Below are positions 1-11,534 of a stretch of DNA of 45,676 nt, one piece after another. Position 1 is the first letter of the stretch, and every line of letters begins with the position of its first letter. Made by a program: the position numbers and the translations under genes. Source of the DNA: Octopus bimaculoides (lineage: Eukaryota); NCBI RefSeq assembly GCF_001194135.2, contig NC_069001.1, positions 34,601,940-34,647,615 of the forward strand, written 5' to 3'. The notes under the pieces are model-generated. The model did not search any database and had not been told where the DNA came from. It saw only the letters and a list, made by a program, of their open reading frames with translations.

Positions 1-10
<10 letters not shown>

Positions 11-46
<36 letters not shown>

Positions 47-175
47 ATTTCATATCTGAGTATATATTTCTTTTTATGCAAACAACTGCATGTCTCTACA
101 TAATATAAGCATGCAGATAAACTCACTTGTACACACCCAGTTATATACATACACTCACTCACTCACACACACACA

Positions 176-261
<86 letters not shown>

Positions 262-474
262 CACCCAAAGTTTAATGTATCCCTAATACACTAGCAGAGT
301 AATCATACATTTACAAACCTGTTTCCTGTAAAAGCGGAAACATCCACATCCACATTTAAAACAGAGTTAACCAGATGCTGTTTGTGAACAGATAGTGAAC
401 ATACTGTGAACACATTGTGAACACATGCATGCATAAAGCATTGAAATTAACTTTTATCTGCTCACATATTCATT

Positions 475-518
<44 letters not shown>
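11..518. repeat. (AG)n 11-42, (CA)n ~150-256 and (CA)n 479-518 microsatellites
   Basis: Directly visible dinucleotide runs; the last abuts the gap at 519. Confidence 0.97.
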
Positions 519-986
519 NNNNNNNNNNNNNNNNNNNNNNNNNNNNNNNNNNNNNNNNNNNNNNNNNNNNNNNNNNNNNNNNNNNNNNNNNNNNNNNNNN
601 NNNNNNNNNNNNNNNNNNNNNNNNNNNNNNNNNNNNNNNNNNNNNNNNNNNNNNNNNNNNNNNNNNNNNNNNNNNNNNNNNNNNNNNNNNNNNNNNNNNN
701 NNNNNNNNNNNNNNNNNNNNNNNNNNNNNNNNNNNNNNNNNNNNNNNNNNNNNNNNNNNNNNNNNNNNNNNNNNNNNNNNNNNNNNNNNNNNNNNNNNNN
801 NNNNNNNNNNNNNNNNNNNNNNNNNNNNNNNNNNNNNNNNNNNNNNNNNNNNNNNNNNNNNNNNNNNNNNNNNNNNNNNNNNNNNNNNNNNNNNNNNNNN
901 NNNNNNNNNNNNNNNNNNNNNNNNNNNNNNNNNNNNNNNNNNNNNNNNNNNNNNNNNNNNNNNNNNNNNNNNNNTATATATATGTA

Positions 987-1407
987 TACTCTTTTTACTC
1001 TCTTTTACTTTTTTACTTGTTTCAGTCATTTGACTGTGGCCATGCTGGAGCACCACCTTTAGTCGAACAAATCGAGGACTTATTCTTTGTAAGCTTAGTA
1101 CTCTTTCTATCGGTCTCTTTTGCCGAACCGCTAAGTTACGGGGACGTAAACACACCAGCTTCGGTTGTCAAGCGATGTTGGGGTGGGGGGGACAAACATA
1201 GACACACAAGTACACACACACATATATATATTCATATACATGTATATACGACGGGCTTCCTTTCAGTTTCCATCTACCAAATCCACTCACAAGGCTTTGG
1301 TTGGCCCAATGCTATAGTAGAAGACACTTGCCCAAGGTGCCACACAGTGGGACTGAACCCAGAACCATGTGGTTGGTAAGCAAGCTACTTACCACACAGC
1401 CACTCCT
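987..1407 (-). mobile_element. Full-length tRNA-headed SINE, family A
   Basis: Minus strand reads AGGAGTGGCTGTGTGGT (A-box-like), GGGTTCAGTCCC (B-box-like), central GGCACCTTGGGCAAG, an internal TG microsatellite, and 3' CAGTCAAATGACTG plus an A-rich tail. Many homologous copies lie in the window. Confidence 0.9.
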
Positions 1408-1440
1408 ATATAAAGTAATTAATTTTTTTTTTCTTTTTTT

Positions 1441-1535
1441 TTTTGAAAATTAAGTGCCCTGTGTAGGGCTTGTAAAAAGGGCTCCATGTTTTTGGCCTTG
1501 AAACACCAAATGAGGTTCTGCCTACAAAGGGTTAA
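1441..1535. mobile_element. Possible piggyBac-type MITE terminus (...AAAGGGTTAA)
   Basis: Ends in GGG+TTAA like the elements at 9121-9457; no partner end found. Confidence 0.35.
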
Positions 1536-1937
1536 GGTGTAGAAAACCTTCCTCAGTGAATCCTATTGACCTATGCAAGCACAGAAAACTGTACAGTGAA
1601 ACGTTGATGTTGATATGAGAAAGGCTGTGATGGTGGAGGTTTGGACAGTCAGGGAAACAGTTTATATATTACGAGGAAGAGAGAGATGGTGTGAATAGGG
1701 AAGGAAGGAAGAATATGACGAAATTTATGGGAGAAAAGTAAGTAAATATGCCAGTAGCCTGAAACTGACTAATGTAGATGTAATAGATAAGAGAACTAAT
1801 GATAGTGTTATATATTTATAACAAAAGACTTTGGTATGTATTAACATATGTTTGTGAAATATATTGGAGTAAAAGGAAATGAAATAACATATATGTATGT
1901 TTTAAATAACTAAAGGGCTCCAGGAGAACATAACAAG

Positions 1938-2149
1938 AACACACACACACACACACACACACATCTGTGCATGTGTGTGAATATACTTATACATATATAT
2001 GTTTATATATACATATATATGTATGTATATATGTATCTATATATATATATGTATATATATATATGTGTGTGTGTGTGTATGTGTGTATACATATATGTAT
2101 ATATGTATGTATATATATGTGTATGTATGTATATACATATATATGTATA

Positions 2150-2188
<39 letters not shown>

Positions 2189-2452
2189 ATATATATATAT
2201 ATATGTAAGCAAAGAGCAAACAGTAGCATGCAACTCAAACACGTGTAGTTAGTGTTGTAAGGATTTAATAACATGGCAACTCAGCTCTGCATTATTCAGA
2301 CTTTTGTGAGCTTGTGTATATCTGTCTATGTATGTATGTATGTATGTATGTAGGTGTGTGTGTGAGCGCATATGTGTGCATAAACACTGAAACGCACATA
2401 CGCACACACCACACACATATGCATACACACACACATACACACACACACACAT
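1938..2452. repeat. Compound degenerate (CA)/(TA)/(TG)/(TATG) microsatellite field
   Basis: Directly visible; source of the [11 protein letters not shown] artefacts. Confidence 0.95.
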
Positions 2453-2482
2453 TCATGAGATTCTTTCATCATATACACTATA

Positions 2483-2597
2483 TGGTTTCATAGACTGTTT
2501 TGGCATGGCTTCTACAGCTGGATGCCCTTCCTAATGCCAACCACTTTACAGAGTGTATTGGATGCATTTTACATGACGCCATCACCGGTGCTTTTTA
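2483..2597 (-). mobile_element. RTE LINE 3' UTR fragment
   Basis: CTACAGCTGGATGCCCTTCCTAATGCCAACCAC block is shared with the 32259-33080 copy, which is continuous with an RTE ORF2 C-terminus. Confidence 0.85.
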
Positions 2598-3273
2598 TAT
2601 ATGTATATATACATATTATCAAACACAAGCTAGCCTACTTGACTTAATAAGCCAAAAATATTTTCTTGTCATTCCTAGTCTAACCGTTATTACAAACATT
2701 TTCATTAAAGTTAATGAAATTATTTTCAAGTGCATGAAGGGAGAGAACTTCTAGAATTTTTTGTCACCCAAAAATTAAATTAAACTATACAGAAGAGAGA
2801 AGAAAATGATGGTGTTGTTTGGTTACTATGGTGACAATTCCCCTAATAAACACCAAACAATTAACAAGGCAACCTCGTCATAGATTTCTCTGCAAGAGTT
2901 CATGCATGCATGCATTTCCAATCAATTTACCAGCAGCAAATTTAATCGCTACAACAGCTGAGTATGTGAGGTAAACCCCTTTCTCTCCTTGAAACAGCCT
3001 CTCCGACGTTAAGCAGCATTCTATTATGGCAACAAATTATTTTCTCACCTAATAACTAGGTCAAATAGATGCAATTAGGTAGGTAGGTAGGTAATTGGAC
3101 AGGTAGGTACATAAATTGGTTAATAGGTAGGTAGCATTTTTTTTTTTCTTTGGATTGTCGTTTTCTTTTTGTCCTTCTCATTTTCTTTCTTGCTAAGGAG
3201 AATGAAAATTTCCTTAATTCTCATTGGCATTTTCTTTTCCACACAAGCATCTTCGTCATTATTGTTTCCTATG

Positions 3274-3487
3274 TAAGGCAGCAGGCTGACCAAAATGCTT
3301 AGCGGTATTTTGTCTGTCTTAACATTCTAAGTTCTAGTTCTGCCGAGGTTGACTTTGCCTTTCATCCTTTTGGGGTCGATAAATTAAGTACCAACAGTGT
3401 ACTGGGGTCGATCCAGTCAACTAGCCCCTTCCTCAAAAATTTCAGGCTTTGTGCCAATAGTAGAAAATATTATTATTATTATTATTT
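3274..3487 (+). mobile_element. tRNA-headed SINE, family B
   Basis: AAATGCTTAGCGGTATTT...GAGGTTGACTTTGCCTTTCATCC...GGGGTCGATAAATTAAGTACC body with a (TAT)n tail; matches the 32347 copy. Confidence 0.88.
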
Positions 3488-3672
3488 TATGTTTGACTTT
3501 TGCTTTGCATTTGTACAAGTTGGATCCAAGTCTCACCCAGAGACCTCAAGAGACAACAAGTTAGAAGTTCATGTAGATGTTATGCCTAGGGTACCATATA
3601 TTTGGATTTGTACATAGTGTTGTTCTATAGAATGTTTAAGAAACCATAAGAAAATTATGTGTTTGTTTTAAA
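3470..3672 (-). mobile_element. 3' end of a (TAA)n-tailed non-LTR element, probably an R4/Dong-type 3' UTR
   Basis: Minus strand ends ...GAGGTCTCTGGGTGAGACTTGGA...AAAGTCAAACATAAAATAATAATAAT. Clade assignment is from recollection only. Confidence 0.45.
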
Positions 3673-3710
<38 letters not shown>

Positions 3711-3901
3711 GGTTGTCTTATTTTTATTGTTTGCTTTCACTGCACTAACAAATGCATCTGTCTATACCTTGGGTATGAACAGTGCTTAGCGGTGCTATTT
3801 TTCCATATATCACATGCATTATTATTAGTATTATTATCATTATTACTATTATTATTATTATTATTATCATTCTTCTTCTTATTATTATTATTATTATTAT
3901 C
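3673..3901. repeat. (ATT)n/(ATC)n trinucleotide tracts
   Basis: Directly visible. Confidence 0.95.
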
Positions 3902-4344
3902 ACTGAAGTGAGAACGGCAGAAGATAACTAAAACATGATGCTTCATATTTACTATCCGGCATATTGCGTCAGTGTTCTCAATTTAAATGTCACAACAATT
4001 AAGATTTGGATTCTTGCTCATCCAGCAACAATATCTAATTACACGCTCACCATTAATTGTATGCACGGAGAGAAATGACAACAGACTGTAGCAGTCTCCC
4101 TCAAGAAAATGTGACACTGTATCTGCTGCCTCGTCTAAAATGAAACGAAATAACTGTTGACATTATCGTTTGCTATCATCTCTGAAATCACGTTGTGTTA
4201 AACTAACCTTCGATTTGCAATAGAAATTAATTTTTGAGATAATTGTCTTTGGATAGAAGCATCTATTCTGCTGCTTTTTTTGCTTTTTTTTTTGGTTAAA
4301 TATCTTCTATCTTTTACTCGTTTTAGTCATTGGACACCAGCCAC

Positions 4345-4780
4345 GCATTTTGAATGAAATGCTTGGCTGGTATTTCTGAGTTCAAATTCCGCCAAGGTTG
4401 ACTTTGCCTTTCATCTTTTTGGGGTCGATAAATTAAGGAACCAGTGAAACATTGGAGTCGATGTAATCGACTAGTTCCTATCCACAAAATTTCAGGCCTT
4501 GTGCCTTTACTAGATAGGATTCTTCTTCTTCTTCTTCTTCTTCTCCCCCTCCTCCTCTTCTTTATCATCATCATCATCATCATCATCATCAACAACAACA
4601 ACAAGGCAGCACGTTATCAGAATCATTAGCATGCTGGGCAAAATGCTTGGTGGCGTTTGGTTCATTTTTACATTCTGAGTTCAAATTCCACCGAAGTCAA
4701 CTTTGCCTTTCATCCTTTAGGGGTCGATAAATTAAATACCAGGGAAACACTGGGGGTCAATGTAATCAACTAGTCCCCTA
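4345..4780 (+). mobile_element. Two tandem family B SINEs (4345-4520, 4602-4780) separated by a (TTC)(ATC)(AAC) triplet tract
   Basis: Both carry GAGTTCAAATTCC (B-box) and the GTTGACTTTGCCTTTCATC...GGGGTCGATAAATTAA body. Confidence 0.88.
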
Positions 4781-5236
4781 TAGTCTTATTCTTTTTCTTA
4801 TTATTATTATTAACCCAATTTTCCCTACAATTGGCATTTCTCATAATTACAATAAAGGTTTTCTATATTGAAGAACTGTACTATGTTAATAACGTTATAT
4901 TAAAGAATAGAAACCGATTTTTAAAAAATAAAGAATCATCTGTTATTAAAAAATCATATAACCTTAACGTATACCCTATTATATAATGCTTAATATCACT
5001 TCACCTTCTACTGAAAGGGAGAAGAAACAGAATATTATAAAATATTGTGTGATATTTTACTGAAAATATTTAATGATTGTGCGTTAAGATATAGAATATA
5101 TTTACTTGTATCTCTACCACGATCAGCTGCAATGTGTGAAATATCAGCCGAGAAATATCACAAATTCTGCTTTGAAATATGTCATGATTCACAAAAATAT
5201 GGAAAGAAAACCAGTGAATTGCTGTTTTGTTTTATG

Positions 5237-5284
<48 letters not shown>

Positions 5285-5422
5285 TAAAGTATAATTCTGG
5301 CACGTTCATAGGCTCAGTTTCATAATTGTTTATGAAATTGCAATCACTAAAGTGTTATATTAATGAAGGTGTATGTCTGTGTATACAAGTGTGTGCTTGT
5401 GCTTATGTATGCACATATATGT

Positions 5423-5808
5423 GGAGGCGCAATGGCTCAGTGGTTAGGGCAGCATACTCGCGGTTGTAGGATCGCGGTTTCGATTCCCAGACTGGGCGTT
5501 GTGAGTGTTTATTGAGCGAAAACACCTAAAGCTCCACGAGGCACCAGCAGGGGATGGTGGCGAACCCTGCTGTACTTTTCCACCACAACTTTCTCTCACT
5601 CTTACTTCCTGTTTCTGTTGTGCCTGTAATTCAAAGGGTCAGCCTTGTCGCACTGTGTCACGCTGAATATCCCTGAGAACTACATTAAGGGTACACATGT
5701 CTGTGGAGTGCTCAGTCACTTGCACGTTAATTTCATGAGCAGGCTGTTCCGTTGATCGGATCAACTGGAACCCTCGACGTCGTAAGCGACGGAGTGCCAA
5801 CAACAACA
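5423..5808 (+). mobile_element. Full-length tRNA-headed SINE, family C, with target-site duplication
   Basis: A-box TGGCTCAGTGG, B-box GGTTTCGATTCC, CpG-rich body and (CAA)n tail. ATGCACATATAT is duplicated at 5409-5420 and 5809-5820. Confidence 0.93.
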
Positions 5809-5845
5809 ATGCACATATATATGTACAGGTGTGCACGTCTATATG

Positions 5846-5968
5846 TACAGGGTGATTCAAAAGTCTCCATGTATCAACAACAGCAGGTATCACCAGATGT
5901 GCTGTTACAAGTTCACAATGAGTGGGGTAAACATATTGCAATGTTCATTCAAAACAATGGTAACCATA
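5846..5968 (+). mobile_element. Tc1/mariner-type relic: TA + CAGGGTGATTCAAAAG terminus fused to a transposase C-terminal remnant
   Basis: TA-CAGGGTG start typical of Tc1/mariner TIRs. Translation SPDVLLQVHNEWGKHIAMFIQNNGNH resembles the last helix of DD(E/D) transposases. Confidence 0.55.
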
Positions 5969-5970
5969 TA

Positions 5971-6136
5971 GGTGCAGGAGTGGCTGTGTGGTAAGTAACT
6001 TGCTTACCAACCACATAGTTCCAGGTTCAATCCCATTGCGTGGCACCTTGGGCAAGTGCCTTCCACTATAGCCTCAGGCTGACCAAGGTGCCATGCAGTG
6101 GGACTCAGCTTACCACACAGCCATGACTGTGCCTCT
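5971..6136. mobile_element. Family A SINE head (+) joined to an inverted partial head (-)
   Basis: TGGCTGTGTGGTAAG at 5981-5995 is the exact reverse complement of 6109-6123. Confidence 0.85.
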
Positions 6137-6849
6137 TTAACAATTCTTAAAGTATATAATGGAGATGTGGTTGTTATTCAGGATTAGCGTCAGCGAAGCA
6201 AGCTTCACTTCAAAACCATTCGGATGTTGCAATTATTGCCAATTACAATCTTAAATTCTTTCTCCTTTGATATTTATTACCTGACTTGACTGAAAGATTT
6301 TTCTGAATGCAAAAATATTCACAATTTGTAATAAAATAATCATCGAAAATTTAAAACAATTTTCTTAGCATAACTTCAAGATTTCAAATAAAAACATTTT
6401 TTTTTTCTTTCTTTCCATCTTCCATTTCGTTTTTTAGTATGTGTGTGTGTGTATTTTCATTTACTTATTTATTGAAGTGTGTCTTCAATAATATTGCAAA
6501 TGTGAATATTTTCACAAGTCTCTTTAAGCAGATGTTTTACACCCACCACCACCACCACCGCCACCACCTTCTCTTTAGATGCTACATTAACAGCAACCAA
6601 TGAAGTTATGCTGCCAATATTTCCAGATCAAGTAGATTATGGTACTTATATTGGTTTTTGATGTTCGTTCTGCTCAAGTGCAGTTTGTTGTTTGTGAGAT
6701 TGTTTACTTTTAGATATTACATTGAATTAAGATATTTATTTAATTTTCACTCAAACAGCATAATCATTCTTTCTGTCTAAATGAAGATTTGGGGGTTTTA
6801 TGTTCTTGTAATTATGGTAGAAACCCAATTTCATCTGATACTAACTGTG

Positions 6850-6894
6850 TGGTGTAGACATGGCTGTTTGGTCAGGAAATTGGGTTTGCAACTA

Positions 6895-6944
<50 letters not shown>

Positions 6945-7205
6945 CCCTTGCCAGTGGTATGTAAAACGTACCATCCGAATGTGGCCGATGCTAGCCCCCT
7001 CTGGCTCCTGTGCTGGTGGCATGTAAAAATCACCCACTACACTTTCGGAGTGGTTGGCCTTAGGAAGGGCATCCAGCTGTAGAAACATTGCCAGATCAGA
7101 CTTGTGCCTGGTGCAGCCTCCTGGCTTTCCAGACCCCAGTCAAACTGTCCAACCCATGCCAGCATGGGAAACGTACATTAAACAATGATGNNNNNNNNNN
7201 TGATG

Positions 7206-7206
<1 letters not shown>
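6850..7206 (+). mobile_element. Family A head remnant, microsatellite, then RTE 3' UTR with (GAT)n tail (6945-7206)
   Basis: GGAAGGGCATCCAGCTGTAG...CCCATGCCAGCATGG...ATTAAACAATGATG; 10-N gap inside the tail. Confidence 0.85.
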
Positions 7207-7250
<44 letters not shown>

Positions 7251-7255
<5 letters not shown>

Positions 7256-7476
7256 TAATCTCTCTCCATATCGCGGTTCACCTATCGCGGTTTATTATTT
7301 AAGCTTTCCTCGATTCCTCTGTGGTGTTGTTTTGCATTTATAATAAAATGAATATATACAAATTATAAAAATAATAAGAAAAATATACAGTACAGTACCG
7401 TTTCTACTTCATGGATTTTCACTTATCATGGAGAGTTTTGGAACATAACACCTGCAATAGTTGAGGGATTACTATA
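7251..7476. mobile_element. Tigger/pogo-like (Tc1/mariner superfamily) MITE
   Basis: Left AGTAATCTCTC..TATCGCGG versus right GCAATAGTTGAGGGATTACT (imperfect TIRs), AT-rich interior, inserted in a TA tract. Confidence 0.65.
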
Positions 7477-7478
7477 TA

Positions 7479-7521
<43 letters not shown>

Positions 7522-7727
7522 TGGCTGGCCAGTGATACTTTTGGGTTCATCCCTCCTTTGCCTGGTCTTGTTTATCACCCTGCAAGGTGTCCAGAAACCA
7601 TTTAGTTGACAAGTAGGTTTGGTGGTGTTGCCAGATTGGTCACCGACAGCCCAGTAATGCATCAAGCAGTACTGAGTTACATGTTACCAGCAGCATTCAA
7701 AAATGACTTCGTAGACACACAAATTAT

Positions 7728-8210
7728 AGGCATGGCTGTATGGCAGGCACAGGTTCCAGGTTCAGTCCCACTGCATGGCAACTTGGGCAAATGTCTTCTA
7801 CAATACCTTCAGTCCAACCAAAGCCTTGTGAGTGGATTTGGTAGATGGAAACTGAAAGAAGCTCATTGTGTGTGTGTGTATGTGTATGTGTGTGTGCATG
7901 TGTATGTGTCCCCACCATTGCTTGACAACTAGTGTTGGTGTGTTTACACTGCCATAACTTAGTGGATCAGCAAATGGGACTGACTGAATAAGTACCAGAC
8001 TCAAAGAAATGAGTCCTGAGGTTGATTTGTTTGACTAAAATCCTTCAAGGAGGTGTTTTGAATTTAAATTCTACCAAGGTCAACTTTGCCTTTCATTCTT
8101 TTGGGGAGTCAATAAAATTAGAACCAATCAAGCACTGGGGCCAAAATAATCAACTTACTCCCCACCCCCTGTGTTGCTGGCCTTGTGCCAAAATTCGAAA
8201 TCAATAATTA
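7728..8210 (+). mobile_element. Near-full family A SINE (7728-8056) followed by a 5'-truncated family B SINE (8057-8210)
   Basis: Family A head, internal TG tract and 3' body, then CAAGGTCAACTTTGCCTTTCATTC family B body. Confidence 0.85.
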
Positions 8211-8744
8211 CTATTATCCACATATCCTCCATCTTGCATTTTTTCTATACAAAGCTCCCTGTTCCGTAATAGCTTTCAGGTTCATTTTCGTGTGACAATT
8301 TCTTCAGAACTGTTCATAGAATTAAAAGTTCTTTTCCTGTCCTCGATTGATTTCTACATCGTTTTTATATTCCTGACATTTGGGAGGGAGAAAACAACCC
8401 CACACAAAAAATATTAGATATCACCTGTTTTTTTTTTTTTTCACCCCATTTCATAGATTTAATTTACCATTTTTTCCCTCTGACCCTAACATCACTGGCC
8501 TTCTTGTTTCTTCTCTGTTTTCTTTTCCTTTTCTAATGCCAATTCCATTAACACAGTTTATAGCTTCCTGCACAATACCAATCCATGTGATATTATCCAA
8601 AATGTTTTATCACCTGTTTTGCATCAAATACAAGCATAATCTTACAACAACTAAATTGCTGTATTCTACCCTGGATTACAGATCATTACAAGCTGTATGA
8701 GTGATCAGCAAAGGTATCGATGAGCTACGACAAAATATATATAT

Positions 8745-9123
8745 AGGTGTAGGTGTGGCTGTGAGGGTAACAATCCAGCTTGTGGTCTTGGGTTCAGTTC
8801 CATTGCATGGCACCTTTTAGCAACCCTGCCAGTGTAGGTGCCACTTAAAAAGCATCCAGTCTTCACTGTGAAGTGGTTGGCATTTGGAAGGGCATCCAGC
8901 TGTAAAAACCATGCTAAAACTGATCTCGCCTGTGCTGGTGCCATGTGAAAAGTGTGCAGTCAACTTCGTAGGGTGGTTGGTGTTAGGAAGGGCATCCAGC
9001 TGTAAAAACCCTGCCAAAACAGACACAGTAGCCTGGGGTAGTCTTCTACCTGGCTGGCTCATGTTAAACCATCTAACCCAAGACAGCACAGAAGGCAGAC
9101 ATTAAATGATGAGAATGATGACA
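8745..9123 (+). mobile_element. Family A head fused to an RTE 3' UTR with an internal duplication
   Basis: GGTGTGGCTGTG...GGGTTCAGTTCC...GGCACC joins RTE UTR sequence; GGAAGGGCATCCAGCTGTAAAAACC occurs twice (~8887 and ~8986); ends in a GAT tail. Confidence 0.8.
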
Positions 9124-9457
9124 TCATTAAAATCTCATAGCTATGAAATAATGCATGATGACTTCAAAGCAATATGAATAAATAAGCATTAAATTTGACA
9201 AAATGATCAAAATAATAAAGGGTTAAATTTAACCCTTTTGTTATCATATTTCTGTTGAAATAAACAGATTTTGTTTAAATTTATTTTGAAAATATTTGAG
9301 AATTTAGTCAAATGATTTCGTTGCTATTAACCAGGTCATCAATAGATGAAGTAACAAGGGAGTTTGAAGGAAGTTTTTGATGTAGGTCACATGAAAACAG
9401 GAAATTTATATTGCAGAACCACGGCTGGTCTCAGGCAGGTTGGTTTCAAAAGGGCTA
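9121..9457. mobile_element. Two adjacent piggyBac-like MITE units (9121-9226 partial; 9229-9457 with both ends)
   Basis: ...AAAGGGTTAA at 9217-9226, then TTAACCCTTTTG at 9229 paired with CAAAAGGGCTA at 9447-9457. A homologue of 9121-9200 occurs at ~42320-42410. Confidence 0.65.
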
Positions 9458-9629
9458 TAGTAATACAGTAAAAGGTATAATAATGTAAAAAATAAACAAA
9501 ACAAAGTTCCTTGTTCATAAAAAACCCTTTCAGTGTACTTGGTAAATTTACACATCAAATCTTTCCTGCTTTTGTGGAATGGAAAGGCACAGAAATAAAA
9601 ATGGACATAAAGACTGGAAGAAACAGAAT

Positions 9630-9846
9630 GTATACACACACACATGCACACATACACACACACATACATATACATATATATATAGAGAGAGAGAGAGAGC
9701 GAGGGAGAGAGACAGACAGACAGAGAGAGAGAGAGAAATACATACCTATATATATACACATATATTTATATATACACACATATGTAGATGTGTGTGTATA
9801 TCTATATATAATAATATATACATACACACATATATAATGTATGTGT
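9630..9846. repeat. Compound (CA)/(TA)/(GA) microsatellite
   Basis: Directly visible. Confidence 0.95.
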
Positions 9847-10543
9847 GTGCGTGTTATATCAGAAGAAACAACAAAAATAAACATAAGTAAAAGCCTATTC
9901 TTTGAAAACATATTTTCAAAGGTACTTTCATGAAAGAAACAACCTTTTATTCCGTTATCTTTGCCTTTCTGTTAGTTACATTCTTTGACTTCTTTTCTCA
10001 AGTCTGACCGATTCCATAGAGTTGGATTGTAGCCAGGCTTTGGATCATTAAACAGGTGGAAATCACACACCCCTTTTTCTTAAGATAAAGAAACCAGTCT
10101 GGATAACAAAAACTATTATCCGGCATCAGCTTTGGCTGTGACAGCATTTAATCTTTGAAAAGTACAAGCCATCGAAGCATGACATTAGGCATGCACTCTA
10201 TTCCTGTTCAGCATTTTAGAATTCTCCTTTTGGTGTTGTGTATCGAGGAGAGGCAATTTATCTGCTACACTTTTCCACTTGTTATGAATTCTTATGCAAT
10301 CGAAAACTGTTTTAGGTGAAACTTAAAGTTAGGAAAATAAATCTCTGAACATGTATTTATTTATTTATTTATTCTTGATTTTTTTTATATTTCTTATAAT
10401 TTTTACTGGCTATTATCAAACCCATTGCTTTTATATCACTCAGATTACTGTATTTGATGGCATAAAAGATGCATGGGCAGACATATTAGGCTTTCATGCA
10501 TATTACGTGCACTCGAATTTAAATAGTGCATTTTCAGAGAAAG

Positions 10544-10940
10544 TGAAAGTGCATGGCTTAGTGGTTATGGTGTTGGACTCATAGCCATAAGATTGTGGTT
10601 TCAGTTTCTAGACTCGGTGATGAGTTGTTTTCTAGAGTAAAAACATTTGATACCAGTGCAGGTGCCACATGAAAAGCACTCATGCTGGTGTCACATTAAA
10701 AGCACACATGCTGGTGCCACATTAAAATCATTGGTGCTGGTGCCACATAAAATGCACCCAGCACACTCCATGGAGTGGTTGTCATTAGGAAGGGCATCCA
10801 GCTGTAGAATCCATGCCAGAACAGACAATGCAGCCTGGTGTGGTCCCTGGCCTTAACCAGCTCCAGTCAAACCGTCTGACCCATACCAGCATGAAAAATG
10901 GACGTTAAAGGATGATGATGATGATGACGACGATGATGTG
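10544..10940 (+). mobile_element. Family D SINE head (10544-10648) joined to an RTE 3' UTR with four 26-bp tandem units and a (GAT)n tail
   Basis: TGGCTTAGTGGT A-box; GGTG(C/T)CAC recurs at 10661, 10687, 10713 and 10739. Confidence 0.82.
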
Positions 10941-11470
10941 TTATCTGTTGTTAGTTGTTGTTAATCCAGTATTGTTCACCTTATTGAATTATGAGACAAC
11001 CCATGTACACCCTATTTAGATTACATTGTGTTATGTATTGCGAACGGGGACTTCAGCACAACATTTCTCTTGTGTCTACTGATAATAATTGTATCAACAC
11101 TATTCAATGTCTTATCATCCATTCGGGGAGCAAAGTCATGTTTAATATTTCCTTGATTTCTCTTTCTTCCTTTATTGTTTTCTTCGGTTGTTTCCTGTTA
11201 CAAACCAGAAGGATTCCATTTTAGCATTCATTTATCCCTTTTATCCTGTCCATCATCATTCAACAATATTTTAGACTATTGAGCTTAATCGTAACACAAT
11301 AAACCTGCTGTGCTACGGCCAATCATCAGAAACTATATCGTTTTCTTCCTTTTATTGTAGAAACAGTTAGATTACTTTGTGGCATGCTCTGTGCACTAAA
11401 ACAGGTTTAGCGGCTATTCTACTTGCACTTCCGTTTCCATGTTCTTTCAAATATATATAATGTTGTTTGA

Positions 11471-11491
11471 ATAATAATAATAATAATGATG

Positions 11492-11534
<43 letters not shown>

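Noticed and set aside
2884-2961. ISLQEFMHAC.. resembling an EF-hand exit helix
   Set aside because: Preceded by an in-frame TAG with a poor acceptor, ends in a stop after 25 codons, and no loop residues are present.
2828-2970. ATG-to-donor segment MVTIPLINTK...AEYV (AG|GTAAAC)
   Set aside because: Phase 2 with no compatible partner identified; the region looks more regulatory than coding.
5423-5500. tRNA gene calls for the SINE heads (also 28700-28775 and 32347-32430)
   Set aside because: A/B boxes are present but there is no full cloverleaf or oligo-T terminator, and they continue into SINE bodies.
6579-6641. 63-nt phase 1-1 exon candidate DATLTATNEVMLPIFPDQVDY
   Set aside because: Good acceptor but weak donor (G|GTACTT), no recognisable homology; within chance expectation.
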